The notes: a model not told the origin generated them from the sequence alone. A DNA stretch of 64,000 bases from Candidatus Latescibacterota bacterium (GCA_965198115.1 OZ240241.1:3968001-4032000), one strand, 5' to 3'; shown: positions 32,795 to 42,756, counted from the first letter of the stretch. Numbers and translations: made by a program.

Positions 32795-33386
32795 TCACCT
32801 GCAGATCATAATTGGCCTGGCGTATTGATAGACCATCTGTCTGTCCTTGTAGAAACCCACCGTGGTCCAGGTACCCGGGCCGAGGTTTGGATGTGAAGGC
32901 ACAGTCGCATCGATGAGCGCGTTCGTCCAAACCCTGTGCTGCATCGTCATCTTGAAGTCAGTACGCCGGTTGACCATCACGAGCTTGCCGTGCACCCCGG
33001 CCGTTTCCGAGGTTCGAACCTCTAATGACCAGCGAACTGCCACGCTGGGCACAAGGACCCGTTCGAGGTCTTACGCTGGTCATGACAGGGGATCGTTGTG
33101 GGGGCGCCGGTGCCGCCGGTGTCGTGGGACTTCCACCAGGCTGTTGCGTCTGAGGTGGGGGCGGTGGTGGAGGTGGTGCATACCGGCGGGAGCTGCTTTG
33201 CGAACGCTGGCGAGGTGGAGAACCTGGATCCCCCCCCTGCGCTGTCGGTCCTCCCCCGGGCGTCTGAGCAATCTCAGGATAGGTCCCAACGAAGTCGACT
33301 CGCATCGGAGACGGATTCCCCTGAGCATACAGAACGGCCGCCAAAACTCCGGCCAACAAGAAAATGAACAGTGTAACTCGGTGCAT
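32795..33386 (-). CDS. Hypothetical secreted protein with Pro-rich linker and IPT/TIG-like C-terminus, frameshift near 33000
   Basis: Signal peptide, poly-Pro tract, PVMTSVRP...LVIRGSNLG, then WTNALIDATVP in the next frame. Confidence 0.55.
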
Positions 33387-33519
33387 GAAACGATCCCTCC
33401 CAGCAAAGATTTCACTGCTGCGCGATCCTCTATGATATGGACGTTGGGACAATGACGCATTAAATGCTGTAAGGCCTGTCACAGCGATGACGTGGCCCTG
33501 GTCACAAATTTCGCTTTTT

Positions 33520-33690
33520 CTATCGCAAAAGTTCGATCAGGTCTATCGTCGTTTCCGTCACCACATCGCCTGCGGTCTTGCCCAGACTCATCGTCTCTTC
33601 GTACTCATCCTCCCGCCAATCTTCGGACGGAATCAGGTAGCCCAGCTCATCGTTCGCCAGACCCAATACCATACGGTAGTCAGACGACCG
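33520..33690 (-). pseudogene. Orphan C-terminal gene fragment (neutral-ceramidase-like motif)
   Basis: Manual translation: YRMVLGLANDELGYLIPSEDWREDEYEETMSLGKTAG..LLR, stop. No N-terminal part. Confidence 0.55.
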
Positions 33691-33818
33691 CAATCATCCA
33701 TCGTGGCATACACCGACCCTTTCCTTACCCACAGAATCGACTATCATGAACACCCATTGCGGCGGCGATCGTCGTCGCCCGCTCCCCCGCTCGCAGGAGG
33801 GCTCACCCGCTCGGCCTC

Positions 33819-34214
33819 ATGCTCGACGTCACCTGCGCCATCATCCAACGCCGCGACGGGAAGATACTCGCCGCCCAACGCTCGAGGAACTCACATCTCC
33901 CTCTCAAATGGGAATTCCCCGGGGGCAAAATCGACGAAGGCGAGGATCCTGAGGCGTGTATCGTTCGCGAGCTCGAGGAAGAACTCGGAATCACCGTTCG
34001 CGTCGTCGACCGTCTTGCGCCCAACATCCACCACTACGACGAGAAAAGCGTGCGCTTGATCCCTTTCTGGTGTGACATCCTACGAGGGCGCCCGACCTCA
34101 CTCGAGCACGAACAGATCGCGTGGGTCACCGTCGACGGCCTCGACGCCCTCGATTGGTGCGAGGCGGATCTGCCCATCGTAACGAGCGTCGTCCGTAGAG
34201 CCAGCGGATGCTGA
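33819..34214 (+). CDS. NUDIX hydrolase (MutT/NudG-like)
   Basis: WEFPGGKIDEGEDPEACIVRELEEELG Nudix box. Confidence 0.95.
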   Translation: MLDVTCAIIQRRDGKILAAQRSRNSHLPLKWEFPGGKIDEGEDPEACIVRELEEELGITVRVVDRLAPNIHHYDEKSVRLIPFWCDILRGRPTSLEHEQIAWVTVDGLDALDWCEADLPIVTSVVRRASGC

Positions 34215-35380
34215 CCGTCACGAAAGACCGCGTGCTACCCACCACCATCGTCGGATCGTATCCGCGACCGTTGTGGTACCGCGAAAGCCTGCGCGGACGT
34301 CCGTTCAAGGTCGCCCTCGCCGACGCCGTCTTCCGCGAGCAATACCTCGACGCGGTCGCCTGCATCCTCAACGATCAGGAACGCGCCGGGCTCGACATCC
34401 TGACCGACGGCGACGCTCGCTTCGACCAGGACGTCGGCGGACGTTCCTGGTTCTTCTATCCTCTCGAACGGATAAACGGTGTCAACGGCCATCGGGATCG
34501 GGCCCCCGGTTGGTCCAGCCGAATGGATCTTCGCCCTGGACAGATCCTCTGGGAGGTCCAGGAAGCCTACCAGGCACCCGTCGCGACAGAAAGATTGACG
34601 GCAGGCCCCATCGAATACGCCAGCGTCTGGCAGACCGCCCAGCGGATGTCGTCCCGCCCGGTCAAATTCGGGTCGATCAGCGCGCAGACCCTCCCCAGTA
34701 TGCTCTGGAACGAAGCCTACGGGGACGACCGCGAAATGATCCTCGACCTCGCCGACATTATGAACGCGGAACTGCGAGCCGTCGCCGAAGCCGGCTGCAA
34801 GGTCATTCAGATCGAAGAACCCCTGCACCACTTCCTGTCGCTCAACCCTGCGACGACCGACGAACAGCTGCAATTCATGAGCGACGCATTCAACCGCGAA
34901 ATCGACGGTGTCGAAGCCGAAATCTGGGTCCACACGTGCTGGGGAAACCCGAATCAGCAGGCCCTCTTTTGGGACCGACCGTCCTACGAACGCGCCATCC
35001 CCTACCTTCTTCAGTTGAACGCCGACGTCATCACCTTCGAATGCGCCAGCACCTTCGGAAAGGACCTTCACCTCTTCCCTCAACACGAGACGACCAAGAA
35101 GATCGCCATCGGCGTCGTCAACCACACCAACACCACCGTTGAACCCACGGATCGCGTTAGCAACCTGATTCGCAAGGCCCTCGACCACATTCCCCCCGAA
35201 CGACTCGTCATCACCACCGATTGCGGATTCGGACGCGAAGGCCTGTCACGCCGCATCGCGTTCTACAAATGCGTCGCCCTCGTCGAGGGGACCAACGTCA
35301 TCCGCCGCGAGCTCGGCCTCCCCGAGGCCGAAGTCAGGGCTTCCGACCCATCGCTCTCTTTCACTCGGCCATCGAAATGA
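34208..35380 (+). CDS. Cobalamin-independent methionine synthase II (core MetE-like) family
   Basis: PTTIVGSYPRP, LTDGD, IQIEEP, HTCWGN and TDCGF zinc ligands. Confidence 0.92.
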   Translation: MLTVTKDRVLPTTIVGSYPRPLWYRESLRGRPFKVALADAVFREQYLDAVACILNDQERAGLDILTDGDARFDQDVGGRSWFFYPLERINGVNGHRDRAPGWSSRMDLRPGQILWEVQEAYQAPVATERLTAGPIEYASVWQTAQRMSSRPVKFGSISAQTLPSMLWNEAYGDDREMILDLADIMNAELRAVAEAGCKVIQIEEPLHHFLSLNPATTDEQLQFMSDAFNREIDGVEAEIWVHTCWGNPNQQALFWDRPSYERAIPYLLQLNADVITFECASTFGKDLHLFPQHETTKKIAIGVVNHTNTTVEPTDRVSNLIRKALDHIPPERLVITTDCGFGREGLSRRIAFYKCVALVEGTNVIRRELGLPEAEVRASDPSLSFTRPSK

Positions 35381-36225
35381 TCCTCGGACTCTCATCACCC
35401 ACCTACAGCGGCGTATCGCCCGCCGACAAACCCCTGATGTGGCTTCTCGATCGGTGCGTCGACTATGGCTTCAAAGCACTCGAAGCCTCGCTCCCACTGT
35501 CAGGAACCGATGATCCAACCGAGGTTAAAGAGAAAGCGGCCGACCTGGCCATCACCTTCGTCGGCTACTGGAGCGAAGACTTCGTCACCCCGGAGGGGGG
35601 CGGCGCCGGTCTCCTCGATCTGGCACGCCGTACCCTCGACGTCGCCGCACAGTGTGGCGTCGGCACCGTCGTCGCGTTCGGCAGCGGCAGCAAGCACAAC
35701 CGCTTCACCAACGATCCCCCGCTCGATCAACAGCTGACGATCGTCGCCGACCATCTTGGCCCCGTTGCCGAAGAGGCGGCCAGCCGCAATCTCCGGATTG
35801 CCCTCCTGCCGCATCTCGATTACCGCGGCCACGAGATGCTCACCGTCGCCCAGCGCATCGATCACGCCACGTTCAAAATGGCGTTCGACACGACCAATCC
35901 GTTTCCCGTGTGCGAGGAGCCCGTCGATGCCGCCCGCGCCGTGCTGCCCCACGCGATCGCCGTCGCCATCAAAGACGTGCAGATCTTCCCTCATCGCTCG
36001 AACGACGTCACCATCTGGGGCACGCCCATCGGACAGGGCTCCGTCGACTTCGACACGATCTTCGACCTGATGCGCACCGAGTTGCCTGAATCGGACACGA
36101 CAACCGTCTGCGTCAAGCTCCGGCTCCCTCCGGATAGCTCTGACCACGACAGCTGGATGAAGAGCAGCCTGGATTACCTCTCGTCACATACAGGGTTCCA
36201 GGCATTGATGAATAAGATCGGATAA
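35377..36225 (+). CDS. Sugar-phosphate isomerase/epimerase (xylose-isomerase-like TIM barrel)
   Basis: FDTTN, IKD, PIGQGSVDF. ATGA overlap with the upstream gene. Confidence 0.75.
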   Translation: MILGLSSPTYSGVSPADKPLMWLLDRCVDYGFKALEASLPLSGTDDPTEVKEKAADLAITFVGYWSEDFVTPEGGGAGLLDLARRTLDVAAQCGVGTVVAFGSGSKHNRFTNDPPLDQQLTIVADHLGPVAEEAASRNLRIALLPHLDYRGHEMLTVAQRIDHATFKMAFDTTNPFPVCEEPVDAARAVLPHAIAVAIKDVQIFPHRSNDVTIWGTPIGQGSVDFDTIFDLMRTELPESDTTTVCVKLRLPPDSSDHDSWMKSSLDYLSSHTGFQALMNKIG

Positions 36226-36374
36226 TGCGCTACGCATTTCCTAGTTTATGTAGAATGAAGCGAGGGACTCTAAGGTCCATCGCTAACTGTGAATAGAGAA
36301 TCTCGTAGGCTTCGCCGTCATCTCCTGGGCCGCCGCCTTCGGTCTCTCGCTCCCCCACATCGAGTAGCCACGCT

Positions 36375-37145
36375 ATGTTCAATCTTCAATCTTCATTGTT
36401 CAATACCTACGAATGGACCCCCGCCCATCGCGAGAAGATGGACCGAGACGGTCACCTCGTCTTCCCCGGTCTGCTGACGAAAGAAGCGCAGGGTCAACTG
36501 ACGGAATCGTTGAATCGTATTCTGGCGATGTCCCGGTCGGAGGGTCAGGGACCCAAACCGACGAGTATGTATGCCGCCGAATACGACCCCTATCTGGAGA
36601 GCCTCATCGCGCATCCCCAGATGGTCGAGCTGGCCAAGCACGTTCTCGGTGACGACCTGCGCTACGATCACTGCGTCTCTCTCATCAGGCCGGGCGGCAA
36701 CGGGGGATCGGGCTGGCACACCCACGGTTATGGAGACGAGCGACCCGAGCTCGGATTCGTCCGCATCTTTTTTTACGTGAATGGATTCGAACCGGGCGAC
36801 GGAGGGCTAAAGGCGGTTCCCGGCAGCCACCTCTATCGGCGAGTCGGTATCCGCTCGAGCTTCGACGATAACGAGATGTGGGCCGCGTGGGGACAGGACC
36901 GAACTCACCCTGCGACTGGAGAGCCAATGGAAGTGGAAAATCTGACGGCGCCACCCGGCACCGTCGCGTTGATGTGGACCCACGCCCTCCACGCCGTCAC
37001 CCCGCGCAAAGCCAACAGCGACACGCGATGGTGCGTCGTCTACGCGTATCGCAATCCAGGCGAAGGATCTGCCGCCCGCCGGATCAGCTTTCCATTCGAG
37101 GAGAAGTGCCGGAAGACGATGGGCACCTTCGCCAATCTCTATTGA
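36375..37145 (+). CDS. PhyH-family dioxygenase-like protein
   Basis: DGHLVFPGLL, GWHTH, VPGSH, THALH. Confidence 0.85.
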   Translation: MFNLQSSLFNTYEWTPAHREKMDRDGHLVFPGLLTKEAQGQLTESLNRILAMSRSEGQGPKPTSMYAAEYDPYLESLIAHPQMVELAKHVLGDDLRYDHCVSLIRPGGNGGSGWHTHGYGDERPELGFVRIFFYVNGFEPGDGGLKAVPGSHLYRRVGIRSSFDDNEMWAAWGQDRTHPATGEPMEVENLTAPPGTVALMWTHALHAVTPRKANSDTRWCVVYAYRNPGEGSAARRISFPFEEKCRKTMGTFANLY

Positions 37146-37173
37146 AACGGCGATTTCTGTGCAAGACCTTAAC

Positions 37174-37196
37174 AGTGGCCTCGGGGCCACTTTTTT
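37174..37196 (+). terminator. Intrinsic terminator
   Basis: AGTGGCC-TCGG-GGCCACT followed by a T-run. Confidence 0.8.
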
Positions 37197-37316
37197 AAGT
37201 TATTGATTCTAAATGTTTTATAGATTAGACCCGTCACAAACAGTTATCGACCCAGCTGGTCAGTGGTCATCTGTCATTGGTCACTGGTCAATGCCAGGGC
37301 TTTTCTGGAGTCTTCA

Positions 37317-37661
37317 ATGCCCTTTCTCTACCACATTACCTCCTCCGGCGCCTGGCTCGATCAGAAGGCTACCGGCCACTTCACCGACCCTTCTCTCGAA
37401 CGTGAGGGTTTCATTCACAGCTCACACAAGAACCAGATCGTTGGCGTCGCCGACAGAATCTTCGAGGGGCGGGTGGATCTCGTCATCCTCTGCATCGATC
37501 TGGACCGGCTTGAGTCACAGGTGAAGGAGGAAGACAGCCACGGTCACGGTATCTACCCACACATCTTCGGTCCGATCAACACCGACGCCGTCACCGATGC
37601 CGTGGCTTTCCCGCCCGATGACGCCCGGCGCTTTTCACTACCTGACGGACTCCCTGAATGA
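37317..37661 (+). CDS. DUF952 family protein
   Basis: LYHIT, SLEREGFIHSS, YPHIFGPIN. Confidence 0.9.
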   Translation: MPFLYHITSSGAWLDQKATGHFTDPSLEREGFIHSSHKNQIVGVADRIFEGRVDLVILCIDLDRLESQVKEEDSHGHGIYPHIFGPINTDAVTDAVAFPPDDARRFSLPDGLPE

Positions 37662-38351
37662 AGCCCGTCCTCATCGTCATATCCGCCGACCAGGAGTGGT
37701 CGGTGGTCCGCGAGCGATTCAAAGCCGCATCGGTTGACACATCGCCTTACGGAGAGTGGTTCGAGCTTCGCCTGCCAGATGTTGAAACACCCCTCACCTT
37801 CTTCCACGGCGGGTGGGGCAAGATCGCGGCGGCTGCGAGCGCACAGTGGGCGATCGACACGTTCCGACCCGATGTACTCCTCAATCTGGGCACGTGCGGA
37901 GGGTTTGAAGGCGACGTCGAGCGGGGCCAGCTCATTCCTCGTGGAACGGACGATCGTCTACGATATCGTCGAACAGATGCTCGACGAGGAGGATGCTGAC
38001 GATTACTACGGGTCCGAAATAGACGTCGACTGGCTGAAGACGCCTTTTCCGCAGGAGGTCACAAGAGCCGTAATGGTCTCTGGCAATCGTGATATCGTGC
38101 CGTCGGACATTCCCGGATTGAAGCGCGACTTCGGCGCCGTCTGCGGCGACTGGGAATCCGCATCGATCGCGTGGGTCGCGAGGCACAACGACGTGAGGTG
38201 TCTGATTCTGCGGGGCGTGTCGGACGTGGTCGGAGAGGAGGGAAGCGAGGCCTACGGGAACGTGGCGCACTTCGAGGAAGGTGCGGCGATCGTCCTCAAC
38301 GGGTTGCTCGATCACCTTGCAGAATGGCTCAAGTGCGCGGGGGTTGAGTAA
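37658..38351 (+). CDS. 5'-methylthioadenosine/SAH nucleosidase family, frameshift near 37935
   Basis: GWGKIAAA, NLGTCGG, then DWESASIA and LRGVSD in the second frame. Confidence 0.85.
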
Positions 38352-38361
38352 AAACGTCTGT

Positions 38362-38446
38362 TGCGTCCCTGTACTAAGCACAAACGCATTGTTTTTCAAA
38401 ATATATAATGCGTCACGCTCGCCCTCGTGCTCCGCACGAGGGCGCT
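38362..38446. repeat. Dispersed hairpin repeat, family A (copy 2)
   Basis: Homologous to 2815-2926. Stem GCCCTCGTGC-tcc-GCACGAGGGC between convergent genes. Confidence 0.8.
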
Positions 38447-38492
38447 TTTCCGCTTACGAAGGTTGTCGTGTTCTGCACGGCGACTCATTGCA

Positions 38493-39440
38493 TCAGACCA
38501 ACTCCCCCAGAAGATCGCGCCAGCTCGTTCGCTCCAACTCCGGGTCGACAATCCAGGCCTGGTTCTCGCACGCGGCAACGAGCGAGTCGTAGTAGCCTCG
38601 ATCCTCCTCGACCCGTCGCAGGAGATTCGTCAACGCGCTTGTGTCTCCAACAGGGAAGAACCCGGGGTAGGAGGGTCCTATCATCCCGATCGACCCGGAG
38701 ATACGCGAAGACAGGACGGGCACACCACACGCAAGGGCCTCCGACACGACGTTCGCACCGCCCTCCATCTTCGACGTCAGGACCAATAGCCGGCTTCGGG
38801 ACAGTACCTGCAACGCCCTCCACCTTGGATATTCCCCCCGCCAATCGTAGCGGTCATTCCGTCGCGTCAGCGTTTGCGCCCGATGCTTCATCCCCTCGGT
38901 GAGCGCGCTGCCGATGTGGGTCACCACGATTTTCGATGTCTTCGGGAGTTGCCGAACGGCTGCTTCCGTTCGAAACGGATCCTTCACGGGACGAAGGTGC
39001 CCCATCACACAGACTTCGAAGACCCTCCGCCTGGGGGTCGCGGGTTTGGGTCAGGTGCAGGATTGATAAATGACACGAGCCCGGGATCGCAAACGTCTGG
39101 GCAACTCCTTGATCCCGTCGGGCTGCAGCAGGACGAAACGATCCGCCAGGTCGAGGGACGCCTTCGCCCGGTCGCTCTTGTGGATATCTCCGTAAAGATC
39201 CGTGCCCGTCAGTGCGAGAATCAACGGGCGATCCGGATGACGCTCTCGAAAAGCGCGTATCGAGCGGTGGCTACGCCGAGCGTGAAGGGCCAAACAGACA
39301 TCGTAGTCCCCGGTATCATACCGAGTCGCGACGTTCACGCGATGTCCCAGGTTCCACAGGATGCGGGCCCAGCGGCTCGCCGTAATGCGGTTCCCTTTTC
39401 GCGATCCACGGGGAGCCGGTGTAATCAGGTTGATCTTCAC
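38493..39440 (-). CDS. senB: Selenosugar synthase SenB-type glycosyltransferase with an in-frame TGA at 39051-39053
   Basis: GTG start overlaps the senA stop. ITPAP..SRKGNRITASRWARIL, ALHARRS, LTGTDLYGD, GHLRPVKDP, SKMEGGANVVSEA. The two ORF-track pieces are in the same frame, separated only by one TGA. Confidence 0.88.
39021..39039 (-). promoter_or_regulatory. Candidate SECIS-like hairpin in senB
   Basis: Starts 11 nt after the TGA: GACCC-CC-AGGC-GG-A-GGGTC, with a G at loop position 2. Confidence 0.4.
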
Positions 39441-40744
39441 GTTTCCTGCGCGCAGGTGCGAAAGCCGACCCAGATATCCTGCCGGTCGGGGGTCTGGAAG
39501 TTTCGATAGTTCGTCCGGATCAGCCGCGAACGCGTCGCCCAGCACCCGCCGCGCATCGACTTCTGCGTCTCGAACCACGGTTCGGAGTATTCCTTGTAGG
39601 GGTCGGGCACGAACGCCGGAAACGGCAGGAACGCGTCACTCGTCCACTCCCACAGGTTCCCGATCATCTGACGACAACCCACCCCGCTGTCGCCCGACGA
39701 AAGTGCACCCACGGCGACGCACCCCATCGCGCCCCAATCCAGGTTGGCCTTGTCGGCGGACGGCCCCTCGTCACCCCAGGGAAAGCGCGGCTTCGATTCG
39801 GAATGCGTCTGGCCAGCGGTCGACGAAGCAGCAGCCTCCCATTCAGCCTCCGTCGGCAATCGACGACCCGCCCACCGACAATACGCGTTTGCCTCGAACC
39901 AATTCACGTGAATCACGGGCAGGTGGGGCTCCAGATCGACCCAGCGATCGAAATCCTTCCGAAGCCAGCCACCCTCCTTCTTCCAATACACAGGATGTTC
40001 TGAAGCGGCTGATTCACGCCACGCCCAACCTTCGTCGCACCACCATTCCCTTCGCTCATAGCCACCCTCTTCCACGAACGCGAGATAGGCCGACTGTGTG
40101 ACCGGCGTTTTCGAGATCGTGAAAGACTCGAGCTCAACGGGGTGCGCCCACTTCTCATTGTCGAACACGAACGGCTCGTCCCGCGTGGAGCCGAGCCAGA
40201 ATGTTCCGCCCTCCACGTCTACGTCACCGGGAACATCACCGCCATCGCTTTCTCCGACCTCACCGATGGCATCCGTAAACGTCGGTGCCGGATAGCCGTG
40301 TGTCTGGCGCGTGTAGGTGTGCGCCTCCGTGTGCATATCTTCGTGAAGTGTCGTATACAGCGCGTGATAGATAACCTCATCGGGCACGTTGGGCACACTC
40401 AGCGCTTCGATGGTGCGGTCACGCACCTCACGCATATAGGCCAACGTCTCGGCACGAGATGGCAGGAGAAGATCCCATCGCGTGTCGTGGGCAATCGCGA
40501 TCGAATCGTAGAGCGCATCCTCGTCCTCGCGCAGTGGCTCCTGACCACACGCCTCTCGCAGAACCCAACGCGACTGGAACCAGGCGTGATGGCCGATCTC
40601 CCAGAGTGGCGGATTGACGATCGACAGCTCGGGTCCCATCATCTGCTCGTCGGTCAGGTCCACGACCAGATCGAGCGTTCTCTGACGGGCGTCGACCACC
40701 CACTCGGCGAGCAGCTCTGGAGGGAAGTGTTCTGATAAAGACAT
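39437..40744 (-). CDS. senA: Selenoneine synthase SenA (EgtB-like non-heme Fe; DinB + FGE-sulfatase domains)
   Basis: VNPPLWEIGH, HEDMHTE iron ligands, FDNEKWAH, RLPTEAEWE, PDPYKEYSEPWF. Coupled to senB and adjacent to selD. Confidence 0.88.
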   Translation of the reverse strand: MSLSEHFPPELLAEWVVDARQRTLDLVVDLTDEQMMGPELSIVNPPLWEIGHHAWFQSRWVLREACGQEPLREDEDALYDSIAIAHDTRWDLLLPSRAETLAYMREVRDRTIEALSVPNVPDEVIYHALYTTLHEDMHTEAHTYTRQTHGYPAPTFTDAIGEVGESDGGDVPGDVDVEGGTFWLGSTRDEPFVFDNEKWAHPVELESFTISKTPVTQSAYLAFVEEGGYERREWWCDEGWAWRESAASEHPVYWKKEGGWLRKDFDRWVDLEPHLPVIHVNWFEANAYCRWAGRRLPTEAEWEAAASSTAGQTHSESKPRFPWGDEGPSADKANLDWGAMGCVAVGALSSGDSGVGCRQMIGNLWEWTSDAFLPFPAFVPDPYKEYSEPWFETQKSMRGGCWATRSRLIRTNYRNFQTPDRQDIWVGFRTCAQET

Positions 40745-40878
40745 TGGCAAACTCCCAGGATGCCCCAATATCCAGCCCACTCAGACCTCCCGCAAGGTGG
40801 TATCTTCGGTTGCCACACCGGGTGTTTGCCCGTAGTCTTAGGCCGTCACGTCGAACCTGCCAGCCGTTTGGAGACACA

Positions 40879-41931
40879 GTGGCACTGCTATCTCGAAAGA
40901 AGACCCTCACGAGCCTCGCCAAAACCTGCGGCTGAGCGGCCAAAGTCAGTCCGGTCGGACTGGGGAAACTGCTCGAAGCCTTGCCGAAGGTCCACGATCC
41001 CAACCTGCTCGTCGGGTTCGAAACCTCCGATGACGCCGGGATCTACAAGCTCAACGACGAACAGGCCGTCGTCGTCACCGCGGATTTCATCACGCCTCCA
41101 GTAGACGACCCGTTCGTGTTCGGCCAGATCGGCGCGGCTAATTCCCTGAGCGATGTCTACGCGATGGGGGGGCGACCCGTCACCTGCCTGAACCTGGTCG
41201 GATTCCCGTCCAAGGCGCTGGACGAGGAGATCCTTCACGGCATCGTCGAGGGAGCGCTCAGAAAAATCACGGAATCTGGGGCCGTCCTCGCCGGCGGTCA
41301 TACGACGGACGACGAGGAGCCGAAATTTGGTCTCTCTGTGACGGGTATCGTTCATCCCGAGCGCTACTGGAAAAACGCCGGCGCCCAACCAGGCGACGCG
41401 CTGGTCCTGACCAAACCGATCGGCAGCGGCGTCCTGTTCAACGCCAACCTCAAGGGCTGGGTCTCCGATGGCGCGCTCGCGGCGTGCCTCGACACCATCA
41501 TCACGCTGAACAAAACAGCCTGCGAGATCGCGCAGGAATTCGACATCCACGCCGCCACGGACATCACCGGATTCGGCCTCGCCGGTCACGGCCTCGAAAT
41601 GGCTGAAGGATCGGGCGTCACACTCAACATAAGGGTGTCAGACGTCCCCTTGATGGCCGAAGCCCTCGCGATGTATGAAAAAGGGATGACCACCGGCGTC
41701 AACGGCGAGAACCGGCGCCTCGTCCAGGATCACATCGCCTTCGAGTCCGGAATCCCGGCCTGGCACGAGGAAATCTTCATCGATCCCCAAACCAGCGGCG
41801 GCCTCCTCCTCTCCGTCGACGGCAACCAGGTCGACGCCCTCCTCGCACGGCTTCAGGGCGCCGGTGTCGAATCCGCAACCCTCATCGGCAAGGTGACTGC
41901 AAAGGAGGACGTCTACCTCCGGTTCGTTTGA
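40879..41931 (+). CDS. selD: Selenophosphate synthetase SelD/SenC, selenocysteine-containing (UGA at 40933-40935)
   Basis: GTG start after GGAG. In-frame LTSLAKTCG-U-AAKVSP at the canonical catalytic Cys/Sec site. DDAG, DFITP, ANSLSDVYAMGG, TDITGFGLAGH, DPQTSGGLL. Confidence 0.95.
40947..40962 (+). promoter_or_regulatory. Bacterial SECIS element of selD
   Basis: Perfect stem CAGTCC-GGTC-GGACTG starting 11 nt after the UGA, with a G-led apical loop. Confidence 0.85.
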
Positions 41932-42005
41932 TCGGATGCGGTCAGTGCGTTATCGATCTACCACGCCGCACTGGGCGAACAGCCGTCGGCCCCTACGGGT
42001 AATCG

Positions 42006-42650
42006 CTACGCGTTATCGATTGTCTCACCCGCTCTCCCCGTCTCCCGCTCTGCCTCACAGGCTTCTCTCACGTAACACCCTTCCAAATGGTCATTCACGA
42101 GCCCCATCGCCTGCATAAAGGCGTAGGCCGTCGTCGCGCCCACGAACGTCCATCCGCGTTTCTTCAGGTCCTTGCTCAACGCTCTTTAATCGGCGGATTC
42201 CGTCATTTTCGTCAACGCACGATGGGTCATTCGGCGTGGACGTGACAATTTCTTCGGCTCGTATTGCCAGAAGTAGTCCGAAATCGACCCGAATTCCTCC
42301 GCGAGGTCGAGCGCCCGCTTGGCGTTGTTGATCGTCGACCGGATCTTGCCCCGATGCCGCACGATGCCCGCGTCTTTCATTAAACGGTGGAAATCGCGCT
42401 CCTCGAATCGAGCGACTTTCACAAAATCGAATCCACGGAACGCCTTTCGGAAGTTCTCGCGCTTTCGCAGAATCGTCAGCCAGCTCAGACCGGCCTGAAA
42501 CCCCTCCAGACAGATCTTCTCGAACAGCCGGATATCATCCGTGACCGGCCGCCCCCACTCCTCATCGTGATAGGCCGAGTACAGCGCGTCGTCCGCCCCC
42601 CACCAGCAGCGAACACGTCCATCCTCGCTCTCTGTCAAACCTTTTGTCAA
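42006..42650 (-). CDS. tag: DNA-3-methyladenine glycosylase I with an in-frame TAA at 42186-42188
   Basis: YHDEEWG, LEGFQAGLSWLTILRKRENFR. After the TAA the same frame gives RALSKDLKKRGWTFVG..AFMQAMGLVNDH..C. Confidence 0.9.
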
Positions 42651-42756
42651 AGATGCCTCCGTTTATTTCCCCAACCTGTACGGGTGGCCAAGTACACACT
42701 CCTGATTATATTTCCCAAAGTCATTCTAAACCCTACACCCATCTGCGGATCACTCG

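Noticed and set aside
39437-40744. Ordinary ergothioneine egtB
   Set aside because: It is coupled to a SenB-type glycosyltransferase and adjacent to selD, with no egtC/egtD nearby. SenA fits better.
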